NCBI GenBank assembly: GCA_015233115.1
Contig: JADFYJ010000008.1
Location: 40,506 to 104,505, forward strand
Reading direction: 5' to 3'
DNA: 64,000 nt
From: Candidatus Omnitrophota bacterium
GTDB lineage: Bacteria > Omnitrophota > Gorgyraeia > Zapsychrales > Zapsychraceae
A model generated the notes under the pieces. It was given only the letters and a program-made list of their open reading frames with translations, was not told where the DNA came from and did not search any database. The first letter of the stretch is position 1. Every line of letters starts with the position of its first letter. Both the position numbers and the translations under genes were made by a program. Positions 48,211 through 58,239 of this stretch are shown one piece after another.

Positions 48211-48933
48211 TTATCTCCGTTTTGAAAAGCGGTGGTTTAATGCCAGAAAATACCATTTCAAATAACGCGGCAGCCATTTAAATAATTTAAAGTTGGATTT
48301 GCCGGCTGTCCGGTCATGCCATATCGTCGGGATTTCTGTCACTTTGAATCCTTGAAAAAAAGCTTTGATGGTGATTTCCATTCCTAATTCAAAACCGCCA
48401 TTGCTTTCGATTTTAATTTTTTGGAGAACTTCCGGAGCATACATTTTGAAGCTGTTGGTCGCGTCATGGGTTGGCAGGCCTGCCAGATAATAAAGAGATA
48501 CGCCCGCTAAACGGGAAAGCATTTTTTTAAACCATGGGCCGCCCACTTGTCCACCGCCTTTCATATAACGGGAACCGCAGACAATATCCGCTCCGGCATT
48601 GAGTTCTTTAAACATCATGGTAACTGAGCTGAGATCGTCGGATAAATCCGCCATAGTCACCAAAGCCGGGTTATTTCCGGCAGATTCAAGGCCAGTTTTA
48701 ATGGCATTTAAAGCTCCGCGTCCGTATTTATTGGGGAAGGGATGGATATGCCGGGCCTGGTGAGCTTGAATATATTCGGTAACAGCAGGCAGAGTAGTAT
48801 CTTCGGGGGAATCATAAATAACTAATATGGCGTGGGGCAAAAGGACATTTTTTTTGATTTGGTCTAAGGTCGTTTGGATGACGGGGCCTTCATTATAGAC
48901 AGGAATAACAATCGTTAAGCTGTTAAAACGCAT
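48211..48933 (-). CDS. GT2 polyprenol-phosphate glycosyltransferase (DPM1-like)
   Basis: IPVYNE, MADLSD, GSRY..GG, D.T.SFK, R..G.S motifs. Confidence 0.9.
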   Translation of the reverse strand: MRFNSLTIVIPVYNEGPVIQTTLDQIKKNVLLPHAILVIYDSPEDTTLPAVTEYIQAHQARHIHPFPNKYGRGALNAIKTGLESAGNNPALVTMADLSDDLSSVTMMFKELNAGADIVCGSRYMKGGGQVGGPWFKKMLSRLAGVSLYYLAGLPTHDATNSFKMYAPEVLQKIKIESNGGFELGMEITIKAFFQGFKVTEIPTIWHDRTAGKSNFKLFKWLPRYLKWYFLALNHRFSKRR

Positions 48934-48936
48934 GAT

Positions 48937-49956
48937 TTAAATTCCACCTAAAGTGATTTGTTCTTTGACCCAGGGAATGATCTCATCCAGCGCAGTGCTT
49001 AAGGATGTATCCGCGTTGAATCCCAAAATAGCTTTGGCTTTTTGAATATCAGGAACGCGCTTCTGCACGTCGTATTTGAACGGATTGTCCGAAACAGTGC
49101 GAAATGGCTTATGGGGATTAATTTTTTTCCAGATCACTTCAGCCAGTTCCAGGACAGTTGTTGATGCCGGCGTTGACAAATTAAAATCTTCATTAAGGGC
49201 TTTAGGATTTTCCGCGCATAAGCGGATGCCGCGGGCTAGATCTCCGCCGTAGGTATAATGGCGGATCTGTTGTCCGTCACCCAAAATGTGTAAAGGATCC
49301 TGTCCTTTTAATACTTTTTGTACCAGATCAGGAACCACATGGCTCATGGCGAGTTTTACGTTTCCGGACATGATTTCTTTATCCGTAATGGCGCGTTTCT
49401 CGCCGGTACCAATGCAATTAAACGGCCGGATAATGGTAAAGGGCATTTTATATTGTTCCCAAGCTCCTTTGGCAAAATATTCGCACGCGAGTTTTTGAAA
49501 ACCATACGTTGATAAAGGCGGCGGGCATTTTAACTGTTCACCCTCAGGAGTAGGAAAGGTGGATGAAGATTCAAAGACCATGGACGATGACATCACATTG
49601 ATTTTTTTTAATTTTTTATTTTTAAATGCCCAGAGGGCAGAGTCAAAAGTCGCGGCTGTGATGCGTTCATTTTCAGCTAAGAGGTCATAGGCTAGTTCGT
49701 GGAATAACGATATCCCGCCGATAATCGCGGCTCCGGCGATAATTTGGTCGCAATCCGTGATCAAGGTTTTCATAAGTTCAACATTTTTGACATCACCTTC
49801 GACAAAAGTGTAGTTGGGATGGTGGTCATAACTTTTAACCACTTTGCCATATTTTGAATAATTATCGATTCCCACCACCTGGTGTCCGTGATTGAGCAGT
49901 TCTTCAACTAAATATCCCGCGATAAAACCGCTGGAACCTGTGACTAAAATTTTCAT
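48937..49956 (-). CDS. NAD-dependent epimerase/dehydratase
   Basis: TGSSGFI, SSSMV, YGFQK, RPFN motifs. Confidence 0.93.
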   Translation of the reverse strand: MKILVTGSSGFIAGYLVEELLNHGHQVVGIDNYSKYGKVVKSYDHHPNYTFVEGDVKNVELMKTLITDCDQIIAGAAIIGGISLFHELAYDLLAENERITAATFDSALWAFKNKKLKKINVMSSSMVFESSSTFPTPEGEQLKCPPPLSTYGFQKLACEYFAKGAWEQYKMPFTIIRPFNCIGTGEKRAITDKEIMSGNVKLAMSHVVPDLVQKVLKGQDPLHILGDGQQIRHYTYGGDLARGIRLCAENPKALNEDFNLSTPASTTVLELAEVIWKKINPHKPFRTVSDNPFKYDVQKRVPDIQKAKAILGFNADTSLSTALDEIIPWVKEQITLGGI

Positions 49957-51149
49957 GAGATTTTTCCGCCTTTGTTAAAAAAATTCCAGACATCGACCAC
50001 CTGGATACGCTCTGGAATATGCAGAGAACGGTATTCTTGGTGCGGGGTGCCAATAATGAGAATGTCGCATTTTTGGATCAGCGTGTCCGTGGAAACAAAT
50101 TCCGGATCTTGAATATAAACATCGTGACAAAAAACTTCGGCCGCTTCCACCGTTAAAATCTTTTTCAATTTATAGGATAAAGATTCGCGTTTATCATCGA
50201 TATTGGCTTTAAATGCCATCCCGAGGATGCCGATGGTTTTTGATTTTAAGTCGATTTTGGATTTGAGTTGAGCGACAATAAAATTAGGCAAGCCTTCATT
50301 GATCAACATGGCGGAATGCCCTAAGAAAAAATTATTGTTGCTGAAAGAGGACAACTGCATCGTGTCTTTAAACAAACAAGGTCCCGCCGCAAAGCCTGCT
50401 TTAGGAAAAGCTTTTGCCCGCGGATAATTATGCGTGATCGCGTCATAGATTTTGTAAAAGTCCAAGCCATTGCTCGCCGCGATTTGATAAAATTGATTCG
50501 CGGTCGCGAACATGATATAGCGCCAGGAATTAGTGAACAGTTTGGCTAACTCTGCCTCCATGGGCGTTAAACGAATAATGTCAGGAGTGAGTTTTTTAAA
50601 TAAAGCTTCTGCTTCTTGATACGATTCTTCGTCAAACGCGGAAATGATCTGCGGCAAAGAACGCAATTCTTCCATGCCTTTGCCTTCGGCCAACCGTTCG
50701 GGGCAAAAAGAAAATTTGACGTTTTTGTTATGTTTTTTAAGATAATTTTTAACGTTTTCGGTTGTGCCAGGATAAACCGTACTGCGTAACACGACATGCT
50801 GGCCGTCCTGAATATCATCAATAATTCCGTCGCAAAAATCAATAAAAATGCGGTATTGGGGGTTAAGATATTCATCAACCGGGGTGCCAATCACGACCAT
50901 GATATAGTGGGCTTGACGAATGACCTTTTTATCGCTGGAAATAAAAAAATTTTTATTAAGAGTTTTTCTGAGGATGTCTTCAGCGCCGGCTTCAATAAAC
51001 GGAATTTTTCCGTCCGCAATTGTTTTAATAGCGGTCTTATTGATATCATAAGCCACCACTTTCATTCCCGCGTTGGCCAAAGATATCCCTAAAGGAAGCC
51101 CGATATGCCCAAGGCCGCCGATGACACATACATCATATTGAGAAGGCAT
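49953..51149 (-). CDS. UDP-glucose/GDP-mannose dehydrogenase family protein
   Basis: GLGHIGLP, GTP, STV.PGTT, PERL.EG, AE..KL..N, GPCL.KD, AFK...DD.RES motifs. Confidence 0.93.
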   Translation of the reverse strand: MPSQYDVCVIGGLGHIGLPLGISLANAGMKVVAYDINKTAIKTIADGKIPFIEAGAEDILRKTLNKNFFISSDKKVIRQAHYIMVVIGTPVDEYLNPQYRIFIDFCDGIIDDIQDGQHVVLRSTVYPGTTENVKNYLKKHNKNVKFSFCPERLAEGKGMEELRSLPQIISAFDEESYQEAEALFKKLTPDIIRLTPMEAELAKLFTNSWRYIMFATANQFYQIAASNGLDFYKIYDAITHNYPRAKAFPKAGFAAGPCLFKDTMQLSSFSNNNFFLGHSAMLINEGLPNFIVAQLKSKIDLKSKTIGILGMAFKANIDDKRESLSYKLKKILTVEAAEVFCHDVYIQDPEFVSTDTLIQKCDILIIGTPHQEYRSLHIPERIQVVDVWNFFNKGGKIS

Positions 51150-51309
51150 AATTTTTTTCCATTATAGAATTAATAATTGTCGTTATTTTATAGACCTAAA
51201 GATAACAAGTCAATATTTTATGGGAATATCTAAGCGTTTACTCATGCTTAGCGTATTTATCGCCAGAAGTTTAGCGGGTGGCTTTGGAGGGAATATTTTG
51301 GAATTACGT

Positions 51310-51338
51310 TTGACATTGCCGCGGCCGGTTGTTAAATT
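51310..51338 (+). promoter_or_regulatory. Sigma70-type promoter
   Basis: TTGACA-17 bp-TAAATT with a TG extension. Confidence 0.6.
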
Positions 51339-51394
51339 AAGGACATGGTTTTCTAAATTTTTTGTTAACATCTGAAGTAAAAAAGAGGAGAAAT

Positions 51395-51865
51395 ATGGTA
51401 AAAGTACTCAAGGTTTTCGCGTTGGCAGGGATCACGTTATTGGTATTTGCTCAGGCTGGGATGGCGCGCGAATTTGCGGACATTTATACGGATTGCGGAC
51501 TTGGCGCAATGATTGCCCCGAGAAATTCGGCTGTTGCCGCCGTGACTAACGTTACATGGGATTCGGGAACAACAGCAATTAGTTCGAATATTACTTGTCC
51601 GGATATGTGCCGGGGCGGAGAAGGCAGACTTGCTTCTTTTATCAATGATTCTTATGAATCTATTGAAAAAGAATTGGCCAGCGGAAGCGGAACATATCTT
51701 GACACGCTCGCATTGTTAGCCGGATATGACGCGCAAAATAAAGGACAATTTATCGAAAAATTACGAGGCGATTTCGCTAAATCTGTCTCAGCTCCTAAAT
51801 ATACGGACCAAACACATTTTCAAAAAGCGGAATCGTTGTATAATTTAATTTATAAGAATTCGTAA
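51395..51865 (+). CDS. DUF3015 family exported protein
   Basis: Signal peptide; CGLGAM, TNVT..GT, LA.G.G..L.TLA motifs; GAGGAG RBS. Confidence 0.8.
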   Translation: MVKVLKVFALAGITLLVFAQAGMAREFADIYTDCGLGAMIAPRNSAVAAVTNVTWDSGTTAISSNITCPDMCRGGEGRLASFINDSYESIEKELASGSGTYLDTLALLAGYDAQNKGQFIEKLRGDFAKSVSAPKYTDQTHFQKAESLYNLIYKNS

Positions 51866-51866
51866 T

Positions 51867-53744
51867 TTGTTAAATTCATTTACGAAAATCAAGATTCTTA
51901 ACACCGCGAGAGTTATCCTTTTTTGCGCCATGTTTTTTGGGGGAGGAAAACCGGCGCATGCGGATTCGTATCAATCTGTTCTCGATACAGCGAAAAAACT
52001 TCATCTCGCTCATCATCCCACTTGGCTCAAATTGATCCATTATCCGTCAGCCGGAAAACAAAGTGTCGTGCTGACGGATAATTTTTTTTTAGCGCCTGAC
52101 GGAAGAACGAATCCTGACGCAGAATTGACCGCGACAATAAAGGCCTATTTTTATCCCGCACAAAAAAAGGGGGACGAAAATCCCCGGTGTAAATACCCGG
52201 CACGGTATTATTGGCTTTCTCATCAATTAACATTGCCGGACTATGAATTAAGGAGCGGCCAGTGTGAACGCTTGGAAAACTGGGCGCTGTTTGATAGTGT
52301 CAAGTCTGTGAGTTTGCTGTTAGTCAGTGGATATTTAGGTAATCCTGCTTCAACTTTTGGGCATGCGCTTCTCAAACTTAATACAGATTCGAATGATGAT
52401 CAATTGGGGTTGTTCGATCTGACTTTGAACTATGGGGCTTTGGTGCCAAAGAATGAATTTGCTTTGCGGTATGTTATCAGCGGACTTTTTGGCGGATATC
52501 GCGCAGGGTTTTCAGATAAATATTTTTACACGCAGGATATGGTATATTCGCGGACCGAATTCCGGGATATGTGGGATTACCGGTTGAACCTGACAGATTA
52601 TCAGCGGACTTTATTAATCTTACATATTTGGGAAATTGTGGGGAATAAGTTCGCTTATTATTTTTTAAAAGAAAATTGTGCTTACCGGTTAGCAGAATTG
52701 GTTGAATTGGTTACGAATGAAGATTTGACGCACAATGGACGGTTTTGGTATTTGCCGGTTGAATTGTTTTATCGATTAAGCGCTATTCAATCCATTCATT
52801 ATATTCCTTCTAGTCAACGTGTTCTTTATCATCAATTGAAACGCTTGAATGCTAATATGTTAAAGGTGTTTAATGCCATAATTCATAATGGTATCAATTC
52901 AATGTCTGTTCAATTATCAGCTTTAACTAATGACCAGAAGATTTTGGTTTTGGACAGTTTACTGGCTTATCAAGAATACCGTCTGATCGCTGAACAACCA
53001 CATCCCAGCCGGGAGAGGAAGGCTGCCAAAGATAAAATTTTACTGGCACGGTTACAGCTTCCGGCACAGGCGATTCCGCTGGTAAAAATTCCGGCATTGC
53101 CTTCTCCTGCCGAAGGTTCACGCCCAATGGAATGGGGGATGAGCGCGGCCATGCAATCTGATAAAAAATGGTTTTCTCTTCTCCAGTGGTCCCCTTTTAA
53201 AAACGAAATGGTGGGGCGCAATAGTCTAGAGGGCGACGAGCTGGTGGTACTGGATTTGGCCGCGGGATTTTTAGAAAAGGAACACAAAGCGTTTATTGAT
53301 TCAGTAGATATTATCCGTGTTCTTCATTTGAATACTTTATCTGTTGTTCAAGCGGATGAAAATCGATTATCTTGGAAAATACGGATCGGATCCAACCGGG
53401 TTGAAGAAGGAGATAAATATCGTTATGACGGGGTGATGAGTTTTGGGGCTGGTCCGGCGTGGAGATGGAACCAGATATTGACAGGCTATGCGATGGTTGA
53501 TATAGCCGCACATACGATTGATCCTTACGCGCGGTTACGTCCGAATTGCGGAATAAAAATTTCAACAGGTGAATTACGGACTTGGCTTTACTACGGTGCA
53601 GAATCATCGAATTATAAAGGTCAGTTGCGCGAGGTATGGGGAGGGAAAGTTCAATTTCAGGTGTCAAATCAGTCTTCAATACATATTGAAATTTCTAATG
53701 AAAAAGCCACAACAGTCTCAGCGGGATTAAGCTGGTATTGGTAG
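51867..53744 (+). CDS. DUF4105 (Lnb N-terminal-like) domain protein with C-terminal barrel-like region
   Basis: W..L.HY, C..PARY.WL, PAS.FGH, R..W.Y.L, Y.F..ENC motifs. Confidence 0.82.
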   Translation: MLNSFTKIKILNTARVILFCAMFFGGGKPAHADSYQSVLDTAKKLHLAHHPTWLKLIHYPSAGKQSVVLTDNFFLAPDGRTNPDAELTATIKAYFYPAQKKGDENPRCKYPARYYWLSHQLTLPDYELRSGQCERLENWALFDSVKSVSLLLVSGYLGNPASTFGHALLKLNTDSNDDQLGLFDLTLNYGALVPKNEFALRYVISGLFGGYRAGFSDKYFYTQDMVYSRTEFRDMWDYRLNLTDYQRTLLILHIWEIVGNKFAYYFLKENCAYRLAELVELVTNEDLTHNGRFWYLPVELFYRLSAIQSIHYIPSSQRVLYHQLKRLNANMLKVFNAIIHNGINSMSVQLSALTNDQKILVLDSLLAYQEYRLIAEQPHPSRERKAAKDKILLARLQLPAQAIPLVKIPALPSPAEGSRPMEWGMSAAMQSDKKWFSLLQWSPFKNEMVGRNSLEGDELVVLDLAAGFLEKEHKAFIDSVDIIRVLHLNTLSVVQADENRLSWKIRIGSNRVEEGDKYRYDGVMSFGAGPAWRWNQILTGYAMVDIAAHTIDPYARLRPNCGIKISTGELRTWLYYGAESSNYKGQLREVWGGKVQFQVSNQSSIHIEISNEKATTVSAGLSWYW

Positions 53745-53799
53745 GCAGATATTAATTTTTTTATTATAGCCGCGCGGTTTTTATGTTAAAATTTTTGCA

Positions 53800-54900
53800 A
53801 TGGATAAATTAAAATTTACAATTTTCGTCTGCTTTGTATGTACTGTTGTTTTATTTTACGCGATCTCTGAATTCGTGTTGACGCGGCTCGGCCTGCCTCG
53901 GGAATATCAGCGGCATAGCTCTCCTTTGCAATTCGCCTCGGTAGCTGACCCTGAAGTTGGATACGGGAACATCCCCAATGCTTCCATTGATTTCGTATAT
54001 GATGGCAATCCGCGGGGATATTTTTCCGCCGGTAATATGGTTTCCCACCACACCAATAATCTCGGATTCCGCGGTCCTCAGGTTGCTCTTTCTAAACCAA
54101 CTAATACCACGCGGGTTATGTTTCTCGGCGATTCGTTCACTTTTGGGGAAGGCGTACGGGATGAGGATACTTATGCTGAGCAGTTTCGGCGTTTAGCTAA
54201 CGCGCCGAATGGTCGACTGGCCCAAATTCCCGGATATAAACCAGTTGAGTCAGTCAATTTAGGCGTAGGCGGTTTTAATACCAGTCAGGAGTGGGCTTTG
54301 CTGAATGACGCGGGCAATAGTTTGTCGCCGGATTATATTGTCATTGGGTATACATTAAATGACGCGGAAGGGCGGTTGTTTACAATTGAAGACGGAAGGT
54401 TTGTTCGCGCAGACCGGGAAGCCCGCGTAGCTGAGGGATTAGCGACCAGGGTTGAAGCGCCGGCGTGGATAAAAATATTCCGCTTACATAAATTATTGTG
54501 GCAGGCTTATAACCAGTTTCAACTGTCTAAAAAAACCATCCAGCATTATGAGGATATTTACCGAACGAACGAACTGGATTGGCAAAAAACCAAATCCGCG
54601 TTTTCGTCCATCGGCACCTGGAGCAGGGAACATAAAGTCCCGGTTATTGTCGTGATTTTTCCCGTTTTATATAAGATAAACAACCATTATCCATTTGAAT
54701 CTATCCATAATCTTGTGCATGCCGAGTTGGACAAAGCAGGTTTGTCTTATATAGATCTTTGGCCAGCGTTAAAGCGTTATCGTGACATGGATTTGTGGGT
54801 GCATCCAACGGATCAGCACCCCAACGAGAAGGTTCACCGCATCGCCGCAGAAGAATTAGAAAAATACTTTTTAGCCCTTGTCCGAACTACCCCGTGGTGA
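53800..54900 (+). CDS. SGNH/GDSL hydrolase family protein
   Basis: N..GFRG, LGDSFTFG, NLG..G, LND, D.HPN...H motifs. Confidence 0.9.
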   Translation: MDKLKFTIFVCFVCTVVLFYAISEFVLTRLGLPREYQRHSSPLQFASVADPEVGYGNIPNASIDFVYDGNPRGYFSAGNMVSHHTNNLGFRGPQVALSKPTNTTRVMFLGDSFTFGEGVRDEDTYAEQFRRLANAPNGRLAQIPGYKPVESVNLGVGGFNTSQEWALLNDAGNSLSPDYIVIGYTLNDAEGRLFTIEDGRFVRADREARVAEGLATRVEAPAWIKIFRLHKLLWQAYNQFQLSKKTIQHYEDIYRTNELDWQKTKSAFSSIGTWSREHKVPVIVVIFPVLYKINNHYPFESIHNLVHAELDKAGLSYIDLWPALKRYRDMDLWVHPTDQHPNEKVHRIAAEELEKYFLALVRTTPW

Positions 54901-54914
54901 GCCTGTCGAACCAC
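54889..54914. repeat. Short palindromic element between convergent genes
   Basis: gtggtgagcctgtcgaaccac overlaps the SGNH stop codon. Confidence 0.55.
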
Positions 54915-57900
54915 TACCATCGGGTCAAAGCGTTGACGATATGGCTCAATGAAGCTACGCTCTGAGCGTTCACGGCACAGGACTTAGTTTTTTTAGCCGG
55001 CTTTTGGGTTTGGTACACATAATCCATATATAACCATTTCCCGTCGATGCAAGTGTATAACCGTACATAAACCGGCTTACCGTTTAAAGGAATCTCTTTA
55101 ATAATTTTATGTGTACGGTCTTTTTTAAAGAATTTGTTGAAAATGTCTCCTGATCCCACCGACGTTCCAATTTTAAGACCGTAAGCTTTGACGTTTTTTA
55201 CTTTTTCCCAGATAAATTTTACTTCCTCATCTTTAATAACTGTTCCAGCGGTTGGTTCTAATAATTTGCTGATGGTTGGCTGTGGTACGGGCGGTGGTGG
55301 CGGAACAATCACAACCGGCGCAGTGACAGTTATAGTAATCATTTGTGACGCAATCGCATTTAATGGATCCGCCGCTGAGAAGACAAGGAAATATGATCCG
55401 GCCTGCGGCGGAGTCCATTCAAAAGTGGCGGTTCCATTGCCCTGGTCTGTCCACTGGGCTCCCAGGGTTGTCACCAAATCCCCGTTTTGCTGTTTAGCTA
55501 TCATTGTTAATTTATCATTGTCCTCGTCGGAAGCTGATACGGTAAAAGAGAGAGGCTGATTCGCGGTCACAGTTTTGTCGCTTAAGGCATTCAAAACCGG
55601 AGGATGGTTTTCTTTGAAAAGAAATATATCCGCGTTATTGTTGCGTCTTTCCGACCAGGCGATATTGTTGTTATTGATAACGGGATCGCCCCGGTTAAAT
55701 ACGTATTGAGTGATGGGGGTGGAGGTTTTAGCCGTTAAATCGTATATGATGATATTTTTCCCTGTCGTGGCGCTCGTTCTCCAGACAATTTTATTGCCGG
55801 ATATGCTAGGGGCATAATGGTGTGCCGCGTCTGAAGTTAATTGAGTGGTTACTTGGGTCGTGACATCATACATGAAAATTTGCCACCAATTAGCTACGGA
55901 TTCTTGCCAGACAATGATATTAGACGCTACGTTTGGAGTTGTATCATTGGTGGTCGCGGTAGAGATCTGTTTTTCCAGAAGAGTATTGAGGTCGTACATA
56001 TAAATGTCCCAATTGCCGTTGCGGGAATCTGCCCAGACGATAATATTATTCCAAATTTTTGGCTGTTGATGTTTTCCCGCGGCGGTGGTGATACGCTGTT
56101 CTGTCCGCGTATTTAAATTGTAAAGATAAATATCCGCGCCGCCGTTCCGGTCATCTTGATAAACAATTTTATTGTTTGATATGGATGGAAAACGTTGGTT
56201 GCCCGGAAGTGTTACGATCGGCAGTTCCTGATTGGCGGCTAGGTCGTATCCATAAATATCCCAGGTCCCGTTGCGTCGGTCTTCCCAGACCACGGTGTTT
56301 CCATCTACGCTAGGCATTTCTTTGCTGGCAGGATTGAAAGTAAGCCGTTGTTGTTTTTTGGATTTTATGTTGTATGCCGTGATTTCGGTCTGACCGTAAC
56401 TGTTGTCTCCCCAAGCCATCCAATCCCCGGAAATGGAGGGATAAAGTTGGTCTCCTATGTCAGAGGTGATTTGATGAATGAAGGGGGTTGCAGCCAAAAC
56501 CTGTATTCTCGTGATATCGAAAAATTCAAAATTATTAGAATTTGCGGTTACGCGTAAATCATAAATACCAGGCTGGAAATTATGGCTTGGTATTTGCGCG
56601 AGTAAATTATTTTGGACGGGTTGGATAAATGGGCCAGCCAACAAATCCCAACCAATAGTTCCGGAAACTCGGTATTCAAGGCGGTAATCTGTAAAACTAT
56701 GACCGAACGCGGAACCTTGAATATCAAACGTGTCACTGCTTAAGTCTAAATAAAAATTGTTAGCGGGCGCCGTGATTTGAGTGACGAGGGGGGCCGCCAC
56801 TTGCAAAGCTTTTGCCGCGTCAACCCGTCCATGTCCAAAGGTTGTGCTAAATCCGGTTCCGCTGATATCAGTGCTAGAAGCAAGGATCGTTTGACGGATT
56901 TCTTCATTGGAGAAAGACGGGTTTTGACTGGCAATTAAAGCTGCTACGCCTGATATATGCGCGGCCGCTAAAGAAGTTCCTGAGGCGTAGTCATAAATAC
57001 CGCCGACAGTCGGGGAAAGGATATTGACTCCCGGGGCGGCCACGTTAATGGACATGCCGAAATTAGAAGACGCGACTTTATTCATGTCATCCGATGCTGT
57101 TGAGGAAACCGCCATAATTTCTTTCATATTATTGGGGCTGTATTTGAGCACATCATCATTGTTGTCTCCCGCAGCGAAAATGACTAACGCGCCAGATTGA
57201 TAAGCATATTTGACAGCTTGTTCGATCAAAGCATTAGTTGGACACGGAGTGGGGTAGTACCAACTGCTATTAATGATTTTCGCGCCATTATCCGCGGCAT
57301 ATATCATTGCTTGAGCAAGGGCGGAATCATTGCCTTGTTGAGTAGCGCTGTCAAACCCTTTAAGGATCATGAGCTTGGCTAATGGAGCAACACCACCCGC
57401 GCCGTTGGTGTTCAACGCTCCGGATATAATTCCCGCGACCCGGGTGCCGTGTCCGTTCGTATCAATAGGAGCGCCTGTGGTATTAACAAAATCAAAACCA
57501 TGAATATCATCAATATAACCATTATTGTCATCATCTTGTCCATTGTCCGGAGATTCAAGGGGGTTAGTCCAAAAATGTCCCTGCAAGTCCGGTTGAGTAA
57601 AATCTACGCCGGTGTCAATGACTGCGACGACCACGTCTTGACCTTGTGATATTTGCCACGCGGCTGGCGCGTTGATCTTGGCTAAGCTCCAGGCTGGAAT
57701 ATAAGCATCCGGTATTTGTAAAGCCGCGAGTTTCATAGCGTGGTCAGGCTGGGCGTATGCCACATGATCATCAGCGCTGTAGGCTTGGGTGACTTCCTCT
57801 ATATTAGTGCCCTTGGGAACTTTGAAAATATAGACATTTTTAAGCGGATTTTTTTGACCTGGTTTTTGGATGCGTTTTGCCTGGCATTCTGAAAATAGGG

Positions 57901-58162
57901 CAGTAGCTGAAGAAACTTTATATTGTTTATTAAGCAGGTCAATGGAGTCAGACCGGTCCCCAAAAAAATCAGCGAATTTGCCCTTTTTGGTCAATATATC
58001 ATTGGCGCAGGTATCAAGTTCATGAAATTTCACAATAAAGCGGTCAGTGGGGTAGGAAGGAACAGATGTGCTGCTGCGCGCGAAAGTTGCGATGAACAAA
58101 AGGCCGCAGATGAGAAAAATTCTAATGATGACGCGTCCGATGCAATCTTGAAAGTTCCACAT
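54914..58162 (-). CDS. Secreted S8 subtilisin-like protease with beta-propeller repeats and an Ig-like domain
   Basis: Signal peptide and propeptide; IDTG, HGT, GTS triad; repeated VW.D.RNG..DIY.Y.L; NHPP-type Ig domain; Pro linker; GGAGG RBS. Confidence 0.92.
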   Translation of the reverse strand: MWNFQDCIGRVIIRIFLICGLLFIATFARSSTSVPSYPTDRFIVKFHELDTCANDILTKKGKFADFFGDRSDSIDLLNKQYKVSSATALFSECQAKRIQKPGQKNPLKNVYIFKVPKGTNIEEVTQAYSADDHVAYAQPDHAMKLAALQIPDAYIPAWSLAKINAPAAWQISQGQDVVVAVIDTGVDFTQPDLQGHFWTNPLESPDNGQDDDNNGYIDDIHGFDFVNTTGAPIDTNGHGTRVAGIISGALNTNGAGGVAPLAKLMILKGFDSATQQGNDSALAQAMIYAADNGAKIINSSWYYPTPCPTNALIEQAVKYAYQSGALVIFAAGDNNDDVLKYSPNNMKEIMAVSSTASDDMNKVASSNFGMSINVAAPGVNILSPTVGGIYDYASGTSLAAAHISGVAALIASQNPSFSNEEIRQTILASSTDISGTGFSTTFGHGRVDAAKALQVAAPLVTQITAPANNFYLDLSSDTFDIQGSAFGHSFTDYRLEYRVSGTIGWDLLAGPFIQPVQNNLLAQIPSHNFQPGIYDLRVTANSNNFEFFDITRIQVLAATPFIHQITSDIGDQLYPSISGDWMAWGDNSYGQTEITAYNIKSKKQQRLTFNPASKEMPSVDGNTVVWEDRRNGTWDIYGYDLAANQELPIVTLPGNQRFPSISNNKIVYQDDRNGGADIYLYNLNTRTEQRITTAAGKHQQPKIWNNIIVWADSRNGNWDIYMYDLNTLLEKQISTATTNDTTPNVASNIIVWQESVANWWQIFMYDVTTQVTTQLTSDAAHHYAPSISGNKIVWRTSATTGKNIIIYDLTAKTSTPITQYVFNRGDPVINNNNIAWSERRNNNADIFLFKENHPPVLNALSDKTVTANQPLSFTVSASDEDNDKLTMIAKQQNGDLVTTLGAQWTDQGNGTATFEWTPPQAGSYFLVFSAADPLNAIASQMITITVTAPVVIVPPPPPVPQPTISKLLEPTAGTVIKDEEVKFIWEKVKNVKAYGLKIGTSVGSGDIFNKFFKKDRTHKIIKEIPLNGKPVYVRLYTCIDGKWLYMDYVYQTQKPAKKTKSCAVNAQSVASLSHIVNALTRW

Positions 58163-58194
58163 ATCTGTACCCTCCGTCGCCCCGCTGACCCATT

Positions 58195-58229
58195 AAAAAA
58201 GCCCTATCCGTAACTCGGTGATAGGGCTC
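58195..58229 (-). terminator. Intrinsic terminator (riboswitch expression platform)
   Basis: Minus strand agccctatc-accgagttacg-gatagggct followed by a U run, between the riboswitch and the S8 start. Confidence 0.8.
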
Positions 58230-58239
58230 AAAAAAGCTT

